From positions 13,281,062 through 13,345,061 of the forward strand of contig NC_134034.1 of the NCBI RefSeq assembly GCF_964204645.1: DNA of 64,000 bases. Reading direction: 5' to 3'. How positions within the stretch are numbered: position 1 is the first letter of the stretch; every line of letters begins with the position of its first letter. Origin of the DNA: Tubulanus polymorphus (Eukaryota > Animalia > Nemertea). Below, piece after piece: positions 1 through 13,400 of the stretch. Below the pieces are notes generated by a model, which was given only the letters and a program-made list of their open reading frames with translations, made no database searches and had not been told where the DNA came from. The translations under genes and the position numbers were made by a program.

Positions 1-112
1 AAGAAAAAAGGAAGAAGCATTTTGCCACGGCAAAGACCTAACAATGGAAAAAATGGCAGCCTCGATTTTCCTACTTTCTAAAAAAGATGGCCGCCAAGCA
101 GCTGTGACTGAC

Positions 113-3100
113 CTTGGTAACGACGACCGAGTAGCACGCGTAGGCGGCGATGAAAAACGCGAGCATAAAGAAATCCATCCAATTGCGATAATCGGAGATC
201 AAAACACGGTGTCCTGTTTTGTAGACTTGTTTGATTTCCTGCCACAGTAAACCTGTAATTAGATATCATAATCACTAAAACCTGTAATTAGATATCATAA
301 TCACTAAAATCTGTAATTAGATATCGTAATCACTAAAACCTGTAATTAGACATCATAATCACTAAAACCTGTAATTAGATATCATAATCACTAAAACCTG
401 TAATTAGATATCGTAATCGCTAAAACCTGTAATTAGATATCATAATCACTAAAACCTGTAATTAGATATCATAATCACTAAAACCTGTAATTAGATATCG
501 TAATCACTAAAACCTGTAATTAGTGACGTTTAGATTCAATTCTATAAGCCATTTTCTAATACTAAGAAAGTAGGGACGTTCAGAAATTCAACTCTATGAG
601 CCGTATCTATAATAGGTTTTGAAAATGGGTCTTTGAATTGAGTTTAAACGTCACTACTCTCTTAGTTTTGAAAATGTCTCATAGAAATGAATCTCAACGT
701 CACTAGTCTCTTAGTTACTGAAAATGTCCCATAGAATTGAATCTAAACGTCACTACTCTCTTAGTTACTGAAAATATCCCATAGAATTGAATCTAAACGT
801 CACTACTCTCTTAGTTACTGAAAATGTCTCATAGAAATGAATCTAAACGTCACTACTCTCTTAGTTTTTGAATCTTACCGGCGATGAAAATGATGATCGT
901 AACTTGTGTTGCTGAATAGCCCGTGCCCCGGATGACAAGGTTGTCGCCTAGTTTTGGATGTCTTTTCGAATATTGTTTAAAAACTTTGAATAGTTCGTTC
1001 ATATATGAGTCCAGACTGAACTTTCTAGCGTTATCCATCGACATCGTCGAGTCCAGAGTACTGGCCATGAAAGTCAGTACTCCTAAAAACGCTAGGTACA
1101 TGATCACGTGACCGACGAATTTCAGATGCGGTATGCGCATCCACGTTTCAATCTGGGGAAAAAAATAGAAATAAATTAACTTGATGGCAACAATTCTTAA
1201 AACCTGGTAACATCACACCACGTCCCTCCCTCAATAGGGATTCGAACCTGATAGCATCGCGAGACCCTGCCTCGTTCCTTCCTAGCAGTGATTCGAACCT
1301 GATGGCATCGCGAGACTCTGCCACGTCCCTCCCTCGGCAGGGGATTCGAACCTGATGGCATCGCGAAACCCTGCCTCGTTCCTTCCTACCAGGGATTCGA
1401 ACCTGATGGCATCGTGAGACCCTGTCACGCCCCTCCCTCGCCAGGGGATTCGAACCTGATGGCATCGCGAGACCCTGCCTCGTTCCTTCCTAGCAGGGAT
1501 TCGAACCTGATGGCATCGCGAGACCCTGCCTCGTTCCTTCCTAGCAGGGATTCGAACCTGATGGCATCGCGAGACCCTGCCACGTCCCTCCCTCGGCAGG
1601 GATCCGAAAAATGAAAGCATCACGAGTCTCCGCTACGTTGGGTTTTCTCTAGTCACTTGGCATCAGCATATTCAACATAGGACATAATGGCCTCTTGGTC
1701 CTGTAAGGCACCTAGTCACAAATGATTCTGTACACAATAGACGGTATTACATTATTAAATTAGATAACACTTACCCGCGTTCGAGGAAACAGTATATACA
1801 GTATACAAAGCACGGGATACGACACAGCGTAACATAGCCATACTAACGCCAGTTTCGGCCATGAATTAGAAATATCGAGTAACGGTCCCATCCATTTCGT
1901 TTCCAAGACCTGTTGACACGAGGCATGCGCGACGAACTGCGACACAAGTTGAGAATTTATGAAAGAAAAGTAAAATCACCTGGGTTTTTATTTCAATGAC
2001 AAATTTTTACTCAATCAAAAAAGAAAATCACAATCTTTGGGAATTAATGTTAAGTCGATTTAAGGATTTCGGGGTTGACCAATGGACCCCTAGAAATTTC
2101 AAACTGCCCGTCAAAAATTCAGCGTCAAAACGTCTTGGACAAGATTTTTCGAAATATGGATACAATTATCATGTTTTTGGCAAAAGTATTTTGAAATGAT
2201 TTATTCAGGTACCCGGGTATTACATATTTAAGATCTGTGCTTTTTCAATGGGAAAGTGCGCCACTTCACTGTGTAAATTAAAGTGCCCTTGTCTTAGAAT
2301 GGAACTGCCCTTCAAAAAAGCACGATCCTCACACATTGCCGGTAAATCCAACAGGCGTACTGGATTTCGCGCCTCAGAAACGAACCTTCATTTCTCCGCT
2401 TTGTATCGCCAGCTCGAGCGTGCTGAACGCGTTCCTTTCGTCCAGAATAATTTCCAATTCTTTCGAGTCGTTGACGTTATCCATTAGTTTCACCAGGTAA
2501 TCACTCATACGATCAGCCAACTTTAGATATTCCGCCTGTAAACGCAACATATTGTACATATTGTACATATTGTACATATTGTACATATTATACATACATA
2601 TTGTGCTCCGTTAACCACTATATATATATACACAATCTAAAAGGTTTAAAGGCGAAATTCTATCCTCTCTAATTTAAGATGAGAAGATTCGTAGAGCAGC
2701 CTGGCGTTAAGCCGAATAAATACAACGAGGGATGTGTTAACTAGTTTATTTGACGCACGACCTTTCGGTACTACTAAAGCTCGTGCGTCAAATAAACTAG
2801 TTAAACTATGTCTCGCTGTGAGAATTAAACGACACGGCGTTTCCGACTTGAGTCTTAGGGCTCAGTTCCATAGTCGGAAGTTAAGTCCCAAAGTGGTTTT
2901 AAATCTCAAGACTGGTCTTTAGTTGTTAGATTGGCTATCGAACTAAGTTTGTCTTAGACTGGTCTTAAGCCGAACCTATGACTGTGCAACCGGCCCCAGG
3001 TCTGATTTTGTCTGTCATACTTAAGATATCCCTATTCGTTCCAAAACGTAGCAACGATTGTGTGTTGGTTAAGCCAAAAATAGTTCCCCAAAAATTACCT

Positions 3101-5755
3101 TGAAGTATCTTTCATCGTCAGCCGCTGCGCGTAGAGTCTTGCCCATTTCGATGGCGGCGGTGATCGGGTCGGTGGTGTGGGCGAGAGACACGTATGCCTC
3201 GCTGGCCATTCCTTCGAATGTATCCAGGCGTCTTTTAGCGTTTTGATAAGGGTCCGTCTTAGCCGCGTGTCGGCACGTCTGACATCTACAGCGAATCGGA
3301 TGCGGCTCGGTGATCGTCTCTCCTTTCTTTAACAAAGTAGCAACCACTTCGAATAGGTTATATTTAGCGGCCAGGACCAGCGGCGAGGCTGTATCGCCGC
3401 TGTAAACTTGCCGGTCCGGATAGCCGTTGTTTTTCTTGCGACGGAGGTATTTCGTCAGTTTGTCCCGCTTGTCCGACGTGGGCAGTTGCCCCAGACTGTC
3501 GAACAAGTCGATCTCCTCGCGTACGGTTTCGGCGGCTGTTTTGTAACGCTCGTGGTTGACCAGGAAACAGGCCATTGATCCGTTACGGCCGCGAACGGCC
3601 GATAGAACCGCCTCGTAGAAATCAACCGGGTCGCTTCGATCCGCCAACAACTCGACCACCTATGTGTAAAACATTGTATCGGTTAAAATTGATATTGAAA
3701 ACTCTTATTGCATGCATTGAAAGCCCTTGAAGCCGTCCTCGAGTGGTTATGATATAATGGAGACGCCCAAGCGCTATGTAATTTCATGTACAAACGGTCC
3801 AACAGTTCTACATAAAAATGTCGCTGTAAAATTGATAAACAATTGAAAAAAAGAACGGATTTTCACTCGTAGAAATTGAATCTACCTCACAATTTTGGAA
3901 ATCTAGTATCTAAGTTGAAGTTAGTTAGGTAATTTAAAGAACTAGTTCCGTAATGGCCATGTAATCGTAAGGGCCATGTAATCGTAAGGGCTATGTAATC
4001 GAAATAGGCCAGAACAAAAAGAAAAAGACTGGGTTATGCGTTGGTTTCAGTAAACAGTGGTTGGTTTATGAGCAATATGCACTCCGTAGTAGCGTCTGAA
4101 CCACGAGTTTTAGAGTTCACGGGTAAACACAGCGTTAGAAAACAAAAATGCCTTCTTGTTGAACTTCAGTGCGTATTTTGCTACAGTATTTCATATCGAA
4201 AAATACGTATTCAATGATTCGGAATATTTTACCTGCTTGTGATTTTTCGTCGTGGCCCGTTGCAACGGAGTGCGGTCAAGGTCATCTCGACAGGACACGT
4301 TCACGCCCCGATCGAGAAGCAGACGAACCGAATCGACGTCTCCGATTTCAGACGCGTGCAGCAGATTATTGTCGTCGACCTGCTGTTTACGAATAGAAGA
4401 TAGAAATGAATTTACAATATTCAAAATAGGGTCAACGGACAGATTATCTGTAACGTGACTTTGATTTGTCTCTGGGTCCAATTCCACGGTTGTGTCGGTT
4501 TAATTTGACTATGGATCCAGTTCCACATTTTGTGTGGGTTTAATTTGACTCTGGATCCAGTTCCACAGTTGTGTGGGTTTAATTTGACTGAGGATCCAGT
4601 TCCTCAGTTGTTTAGGTTTAATTTGACTCTGGATCCAGTTCCACAGTTGTGTGGGTTTAATTTGACTCTGGATCCAGTTCCACATTTTTGTGGGTTTGAT
4701 TTGACTATAGATCCAGTTCCACAGTTATGTGTGGGTTTAATTTGACTCTGAACCCAGTTCCACAGTTGTGTGGGTTTAATTTGACTCTGAACCCAGTTCC
4801 ACAGTTGTGTGGGTTTAATTTGACTCTGGATCCAATTCCACGGTGGTGTCAGTTTAATTTCACTCTGAACCCAGTTCCACAGTTGTGTGGGTTTAATTTG
4901 ACTCTGGATCCAGTTCTACAACTGTGAATAAACCCGATAAAATCTGATAAAAGCAATTATATGATATTTACCTGTTCTGTTACCGGTGGCGATGGTTGAA
5001 AGCCTAAAACATTAAATAAATTCACAACGTATTAAAACAAACAGTGGGAATTGAATGAGAATTGGACAAATAACGAGTCTAGCCCCAATATTGATGACGT
5101 AGTGCACATCCACCCATACAATTTCCTAATCGCGTTACTATTCAGGGTCCAGTTCCACAGTTCTGAGTTAAGATTTGACCCTGGGTTAAAACATTGAAAA
5201 TGAACTAACTTTAACTCAGAGTTAACTCTAACTCACAACTGTGGAACTGGGTCCTGCATATCAAACTTCAGTTGGTAGGATATCCAAGGATATCCAAAAA
5301 GTCTGCATTAAAAGGGTTCATGGGAGGAAAGAGACTCCATTATTTAAAAGCCTGGGTCCAGTTCCACAGTTCTGAGTTAAGATCTGACTCTGGCTTAACT
5401 CATTGAAAATGAACTAACTTTAACTCAGAGTTAACTCTAACTCACAACTGTGGAACTGGGTCCAGTGTTTTAGAAGACATGAAAATTCATGAAATAGAAA
5501 AGAGAAGTTTGAAATGAAATTTACACAAATACGTACTACGCATAATTGTTAATTTGAAACAGCAATATTGATGACGTAGATAGAGCACATATTACCCCTC
5601 GAATAACGTATAGCAGGTATCAGCGTATAAAAACAGTTTAGTAACGGTTTTTACGGCGTCGAAACACTAATCCATTTACCTGAAACGACTTCTCTAAATA
5701 TTCGTCGACGTTCTTCCACAGCTTCGAAAACTCGACCGTCGTTTTCCGTATCCAT
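113..5755 (-). CDS. TRPC-like transient receptor potential channel, 5' part; continues beyond the left edge
   Basis: Phase-consistent exons 5755-5680 (MDTENDGRVF..), 5003-4972, 4382-4233, 3659-3099, 2535-2386, 1936-1775, 1152-879, 252-113. Ankyrin repeats (LLHASEIGDVDSVRLLL, TPLQRA, SPLVLAAKYN); TRP_2 motif PHPIRCRCQTC; 'LELAIQ..K|FVAHASCQQVLETKW'; TM segments 'LLWQEIKQVY..SDYRNWMDF'. Confidence 0.88.
249..523. repeat. 29-bp tandem repeat (~9.5 copies) that duplicates the 3' splice acceptor of a TRPC exon
   Basis: Unit aaacctgtaattagatatcataatcacta; the acceptor core recurs at 251, 280, 309, 338 ... 512. Confidence 0.95.
522..870. repeat. ~50-bp tandem units in inverted (foldback) arrangement
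   Basis: About 4.5 copies of aaacgtcactactctcttagttactgaaaatgtctcatagaa..gaatct (645-870), preceded by diverged reverse-complement copies (522-620). Confidence 0.75.
1218..1602. repeat. ~50-bp minisatellite made of tandem MITE terminal-repeat fragments
   Basis: Unit cagggattcgaacctgatggcatcgcgagaccctgcc...; matches the TIR of the element at 24232-25185. Confidence 0.85.
2737..2805. repeat. Near-perfect hairpin related to the inverted element at 26340-26710
   Basis: ttaactagtttatttgacgcacga ... tcgtgcgtcaaataaactagttaa. Confidence 0.8.
2857..2997. mobile_element. MITE with PIF/Harbinger-like termini; other copies at 23033-23170 and partial at 43525-43602
   Basis: Imperfect TIR gggctcagttccatagtc / gactgtgcaaccggccc; internal cttaagaccggtctta and gattggctat segments are shared by all three copies. 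Confidence 0.7.
4470..4922. repeat. 39-bp minisatellite (same family at 19465-19985 and 25803-25940)
   Basis: Unit tgtgtgggtttaatttgactctggatccagttccacagt; explains the spurious CGFNLTLDPVPQL ORFs. Confidence 0.95.
5143..5464. mobile_element. Two ~113-bp MITE copies (5143-5256, 5352-5464)
   Basis: TIR ggtccagttccacagtt / aactgtggaactgggtcc; the two internal sequences are nearly identical. Confidence 0.85.
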
Positions 5756-6380
5756 ATTCGACTCGGGCGATATCTATAATAATCCGTTGTGTTCGTCGTG
5801 CAAGTCGTGATAATATTCAACGAGAAAATGCGCCCGGCCGCTATCCTCTCACGTGTTTAAACATTCAAATATTAATCCGTTACTACAATCGCGCTATAAT
5901 TACGGCCACATTTTGATATTGTAAATGTATGTAAAAATCTATCACATTATTACATACACCATTCATATATGTGTGAATTTAATCGGTATTTGTTCAGACG
6001 CGACGATCACGTGTGGCTCGAAAACACCGGTTAAAATTCCATATTCAGCCAGGCAAGGCGCTGTTCAAATCTATATACGTTTATCGGTAACAGTAATAGG
6101 TCGACTGGGTTAAATAGTTTACAGTGTATAAAAGCACTATCCGTCTCTCGACGCTTTACTGATGCGACACCGGGTTAACACGACCCTTCTTATCATGTCT
6201 GTATAGGCCTCGCGCTGTGTCAGCCACGAACGAGATTTAATTCTATGCCACACTCCGTTATTACGCGTTTTATTTGCCTATTTACACGCTGGTTTATAGG
6301 CAGCGGGAAGGACCGCTTGAAAACGGGGCCCCGTGTGCGCAATAAGTCGATGGCCCTTAACTTCGAAATCGAATTGTACG

Positions 6381-6383
<3 letters not shown>

Positions 6384-6442
<59 letters not shown>
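6384..6442. repeat. (AT)n microsatellite
   Basis: Seen directly. Confidence 0.98.
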
Positions 6443-6443
<1 letters not shown>

Positions 6444-6779
6444 CATATGTGACAAATGCTATAGTATATATATATATATTCAATTATTTTGAGTCGATAT
6501 ATCGAATTCGCATGTGTTGCGTGTAAAACCAGTTCGTTTGAGTTTTTGTGAAGTCGCACGTCGTACGTATGTCCGTCCATTCTTGGGAAAAGTGCGTGAC
6601 CCCTATATCGACAAGATTTGACTGTTTGTAAAAGGTCACAGTTGTTGTTAATGAGTTGGACACTCAGTGATACATCTATTTTTCGTATTCAATTGTATCG
6701 TAGCGTAAAAGGCGTGAGTTTGTTTAGACCATGGACTCGACGATGAAGTTTTAGAACCCATCGCTATTTTAGGTCCCTG

Positions 6780-7547
6780 ATTTACAACAGTCCCAATACG
6801 CTACCGACTTCCCTGATTCTCAACTCGGTGAAATATTTACAGCAGTCCCAACACGCTACCGAGTTCCCTGATTCTCAACTCGGTGAAATATTAACAGCAG
6901 TCCCAACACGCTACCGAGTTCCTGATTCTCAACTCGGTGAAATATTTACAGCAGTCCCAACACGCTACCGAGTTCCCTGATTCTCAACTCGGTGAAATAT
7001 TTACAGCAGTCCAACACGCTACCGAGTTCCCTGATTCTCAACTCGGTGAAATATTTACAGCAGTCTCAACACGCTACCGAGTTCCCTGATTCTCAACTCG
7101 GTGAAATATTTACAGCAGTCCCAACACGCTACCGAGTTCCCTGATTCTCAACTCGGTGAAATATTTACAGCAGTTCCAACACGTTACCGAGTTCCCTGAT
7201 TCTCAACTCGGTGAAATATTTACAGCAGTCCCAACACGCTACCGAGTTCCCTGATTCTCAACTCGGTGAAATATTTACAGCAGTCTCAACACGCTACCGA
7301 GTTCCCTGATTCTCAACTCGGTGAAATATTTACAGCAGTCCCAACACGCTACCGAGTTCCCTGATTCTCAACTCGGTGAAATATTTACAGCAGTCCCAAC
7401 ACGCTACCGAGTTCCCTGATTCTCAACTCGGTGAAATAAATATTTACAGCAGTCTCAACACGCTACCGAGTTCCCTGATTCTCAACTCGGTGAAATATTT
7501 ACAGCAGTCCCAACACGCTACCGAGTTCCCTGATTCACAACTCGGTG
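6780..7547 (+). repeat. 55-bp minisatellite (~14 copies); inverted array at 17090-17920, shorter-unit array at 40243-40524
   Basis: Unit tacagcagtcccaacacgctaccgagttccctgattctcaactcggtgaaatatt, with internal inverted repeat accgagtt/aactcggt. Confidence 0.97.
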
Positions 7548-7969
7548 TCCAGTCAGTTTGATACTGACCTAACAACACACTCGATCGGAAGAAACCGCGA
7601 AGACACCAACTTCCATTGATAAAATCAGTTCCCAGACCGATAATCAATAAACAACGTCAAATCTATTGAACCAATAAGCATCGGGAATTAAAGCTTGTTT
7701 TATTAGGAAAGCTAATATCTCATGGGTAATGCTTTTTCCTGTTTTCCACCCATCTCCAGGCCGCGTCCTTGAGCACGAAATCGTCGGGAACGACACCGAC
7801 AAAAGACACCTGCGTTTTGATGGATGTTTTCTGATAAGATAAATAGAAATAAACAATTCGATGACAGATCGAGTTAATTCCGCGCACACACACAAAAAAA
7901 AATCTATTCTCTTTTTCGTTTTCCGAGATTTTCTCATTTCCAGTCAGTCGTTCTCGTTCGAATCACAAG

Positions 7970-9293
<1,324 letters not shown>

Positions 9294-10420
9294 AGATGGC
9301 CGCTTATCGTCCTATTTATAGCCTGACGCGCTAACGAGAAATAACAAACAACGATGCGAAATTGAGAATCTTAAAATAAATTTTATTCCTGGTGGTCAGT
9401 TCCAATAAAGATTATCACTCTTACTGACGAAAAAGTTAAATTATTTCATAAACCATAATAAAAAGAGTAAGTAGATAAAATTTGAAATATATATTCATAA
9501 TGTATCATATTCATATGGCAACAGCTCCAGGAGTGGATCCAGGAAAAAGGGCACTTTCCATGAAATGGCAAATATTTAGACTGACTTCAAAGTGTGCAAT
9601 TAAGTATATTTACAATCATTTTTAAGCAATTACAAAGAAGATATGTTGAACTAGCTATGGACATTTTGCTAAGACGATTTTCTAAAAAGCACTAAAAATT
9701 CTTACCCTGACAGTTCCACATTTGCTGCTTTTCGTAATTTTGGCTCTGACCTTAAATTTGAATTAGTTTATTATTACTACTTTATGATCCCACCAGGTAG
9801 CGTGGCGAGTACTCAATCTTACGTTGAGTCAAGATTGTGTTAAATTTTCAATATTCTTTGAATTGAATTTCTTGGCTTCCGAATCCAAATATAAGATAGG
9901 ACCCACGAATATGCTGGATCACATTTTCTACACGATGTTTGGTATAGGTTTCATCGATAATTGATACCTTGTTTCTCATTTCTGCTGGGCTTAAAAAGTT
10001 GACCCAGCCGGCCGCCTATCTACCCTGTACATTACTTTTTTCGATTCTTTTTTTAAAACAAATTCTATTGCAGTTTATGAAATGACCCGGCAGATTAGGA
10101 GAAACAAGTTAACATTTTTTCGCCTTAAAGCGCTATAAAACCGAGTAACTACTAGCGACACCTCGTGGAACCTCGTGGAATCCTCGATTGCCACAGTTAA
10201 TGATAAAGGTAGAGCTCATTAACATATCCTTCTAGTACACGTACTAGTTACAAAGAACGGAAGAAAAAAAACAATTTTGGTCCTTTTTCACAAAGCGAAA
10301 TGAGTCAACTTCTAGCTCTGTGTAACAGGACCCTCGGAATGATTTAGTACCCAGTTTGAAAACCAGGCCGTCTGCATTTTATCTATTACACGTTTGTTCT
10401 TCAGCTTAAAAGGACGCCGT

Positions 10421-13400
10421 TTATTTCTTTCTGCCACCAGAGGGCGGAGCTTGTCGAATTGCCGGTTTCACTTTCGGACCTTTATAAACGGACGAAGCTT
10501 TTTGCTGGAAAATTACAGAAAAAGAATAATAGGTTGTGCTGTACAGTCAACCCCTGCCATACCGCTTTCCCAATTATATACCGCCACCGCCGCCTACCAC
10601 CAGGTTTTCTCAATGTACATCTCTATACAAATACATAGTAAAACACCCCCGATATACCGCCGAACTCTCTGTACCGCCACCCCCGCGAGGTTTTCTCAAT
10701 GTACATCTCTATACAAATACATAGTAAAACACCCCAGATATACCGCCCTCCCATTAACCACTTCCAATCAAAATTATTTGATCATCGATTACTAAAACTC
10801 TACAGTTAAAATCAGTTCATTTTCTATTACTTTAACTCTGCAGTCAAAATCAGTTAGATTAAAGCCACAACTGAGGAGAACCAGGACCCAATGGTCTATT
10901 TAATCTGCCGGTATATGTTTTACCCGTTCTTGGTAGCGTCTTTCGAAGTAATCCATATCAGTTTCATCAGGTCTCCTCATCGCCGACATTCTCTCAGCCA
11001 GATCCTCGTCATCTCCTAGTTTCATTATACCCTGATCAGCGCCTGAATAAAACAACGGCCATCAGACAATAATAACCACGGAGGTAGGTAAAAATCACAC
11101 AATCTAAATAAAAGAATGAATCTAAAAAGCTTATTAAAAAAATTAGAGATATTTCGGGTGGATTATAGAATTTTTATTATGTGTTTGTTTTTTTTTTCTT
11201 AAGAAAAACTAAAATTTGCAATTGACTAGAAAGTGTATTAGAATATAGAAATATTAATTTAGGCTTAAAAAAGTGAAACCTTATTCAGTCTAAAAGCCAA
11301 ATGAATACACAGTATATGCATGTTACATGGAATAAGACACTAACCACTGCACATTAAGTAATGATGAATAAAGTGCTGACATATTCGGAAAGGAGATTAT
11401 CATGCGGGCTGATACCTTTGTTAAAAGGGTCATGAAGAGGTTTTGAAAAAATTTTTAAATCTAATTTTTTTTGTATAAAACATTCACCGCATGCATCTAT
11501 AGTAACGGCCCTAGCAACAGGACGCTCGTGTTTGCCCTTTAAGGTTGACAGTTGGAATGAGTAAATCAAAAACAGATTCAACTACGTGTCTTTTAGTGAG
11601 ATTACTGTTAGGAAAAAAAATAATATTGGCTCTCAAAATTATGCCCGGTTTTCAAAGAATGAAGGTCTACCCAACTTTCTAATCTAAAAATTAATATTGG
11701 CTCTGGGGAAATTTAAATTATGTCCGGTTTTCAAAGAATGAAGGACACTACCCCGCTTTCTAATGTAACCCTAATGTCAGAGGTAATAAAAGGGATAATC
11801 TTCTTAGGCTAATTATTGATACCTCGTTGTTTCGATTGGTAGATAGCCTCCACGTTACCGCGTAAAAACGGATGATCCTTCGACGTGATGGACTGCTCCA
11901 GGAAGTCCTTATCGGCCATACCGACACCGCTCGGGTCCAGCCTCATATAGCCGTCCGCCAGCGAACTGAAACCGGTCAGACCGCCCATCGCCTGGTACGG
12001 GACGTCGTAACCGATCGGGTGTCCGCGGGCCACTCGTTCGTCTTTCGTTTCGGGGAGCGTTTTGTGTTTGTAAGTCGGTTCGCCGCAGCCGCATGTGTAA
12101 GAGCTTTTGAAGCCCAGACATCGGCAAGTCGCTATAGAACGAGAGAGCAAAACTTGATAGTTTATTGAATTGAATTGACTGGCAACCAGTCTAACCAGGC
12201 TAGCCGCAATCTTGATGACGTAGTGAATATCCACTATAATATTCATTATCAAAAAGACACGAACATTTTTAACCCGGGTTCGATTCTATAGACTGGGTAT
12301 TTACATTTATCCTTGGGGTTGACTCATAATAACTCGGGAACTGATTCTATAGACTTGATATCAATAAGTAATAATAATCAGGATAGATTCCATTGAACGA
12401 ATATCAAGGTAATATCGAAGTGATCCTTAACTTTACCCCGGTTCATGGACTGGGTTATCTATATAACCTGGACCCGGCTTTATAGACCGGGTATCGATGT
12501 TAAATGTAACGGTAGAGAATATCTTACATTTGCGACATTTCAGCGGCAGAACCTCGGTGTGGTCGTCGGAATAATGTTTACACTGACAGCGGATCGGCTG
12601 GCTACCGTTTAACGGTACATAGTTATAAGAACCGCACATGCAACCCTTCACCTTACAGGGCAGTTTAATCGGTCTCTCGTCAGGAATGACCTGGAAATCT
12701 GTCTTATGCTGCTTGAATCTGAAAGATAAGTGTGGACGATCAGGTTCTGTCAGTGTGCTGACAAAATATCTAATGCCTTGTGTTTGTAGTTCATTTTCAA
12801 TTAGAAATGTCTCAGGTGAAGCACTGAACACATGTGAAGTGTGGACGATCAGTTTTTGAACGTGTGCTGATAAAATGTCTATTATCTGGTGTTTGTAGTT
12901 CATTTTCAATCAAAAATGTCTCAGATGAAGCACTGAACACATGTGAAGTGTGGACGATCAGTTTTTGAAAGTGTGCTGATAAAATGTCTCAACAATACAT
13001 CAGGTGAAGCCTGGGATGATCGAAAACTGGTTGAAAGAAGAACACCCAAATATCAAGGGTGGTTTGAAGTAACAGATTAATAATAAGCTGCATGAAAAAT
13101 TAAGAAGCTGCTTTTGATTGCTATTATTACCTGTGAGTGCAGAAACAAGGCGTCTCCGGTCCAATCATTTTACAATCCATACCAGCCGGGTTCGACCAGC
13201 TTACGAATATACGATTTTTCATTCTCTATCACCGGAAAACAATAGATTTTATAACGAAAACAAACGTTGACATTTTTTTACATGAATTTCTGTTATTTTC
13301 ATTAATTTCTACTTCGACATTCGGAATATACGGTTTGTTTCATATACACTTAAAGCTTCTTCGACTTCATTTCAAAATTACATTATTTCGGTTATCGATG

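Noticed and set aside
1148-1623. Repetitive ORFs and apparent tRNA fragments
   Set aside because: Tandem TIR-derived repeat; no cloverleaf or A box.
6780-7547. CRISPR-like array of palindromic repeats
   Set aside because: Units are contiguous with no unique spacers, there are no cas genes, and the context is eukaryotic. It is a minisatellite.
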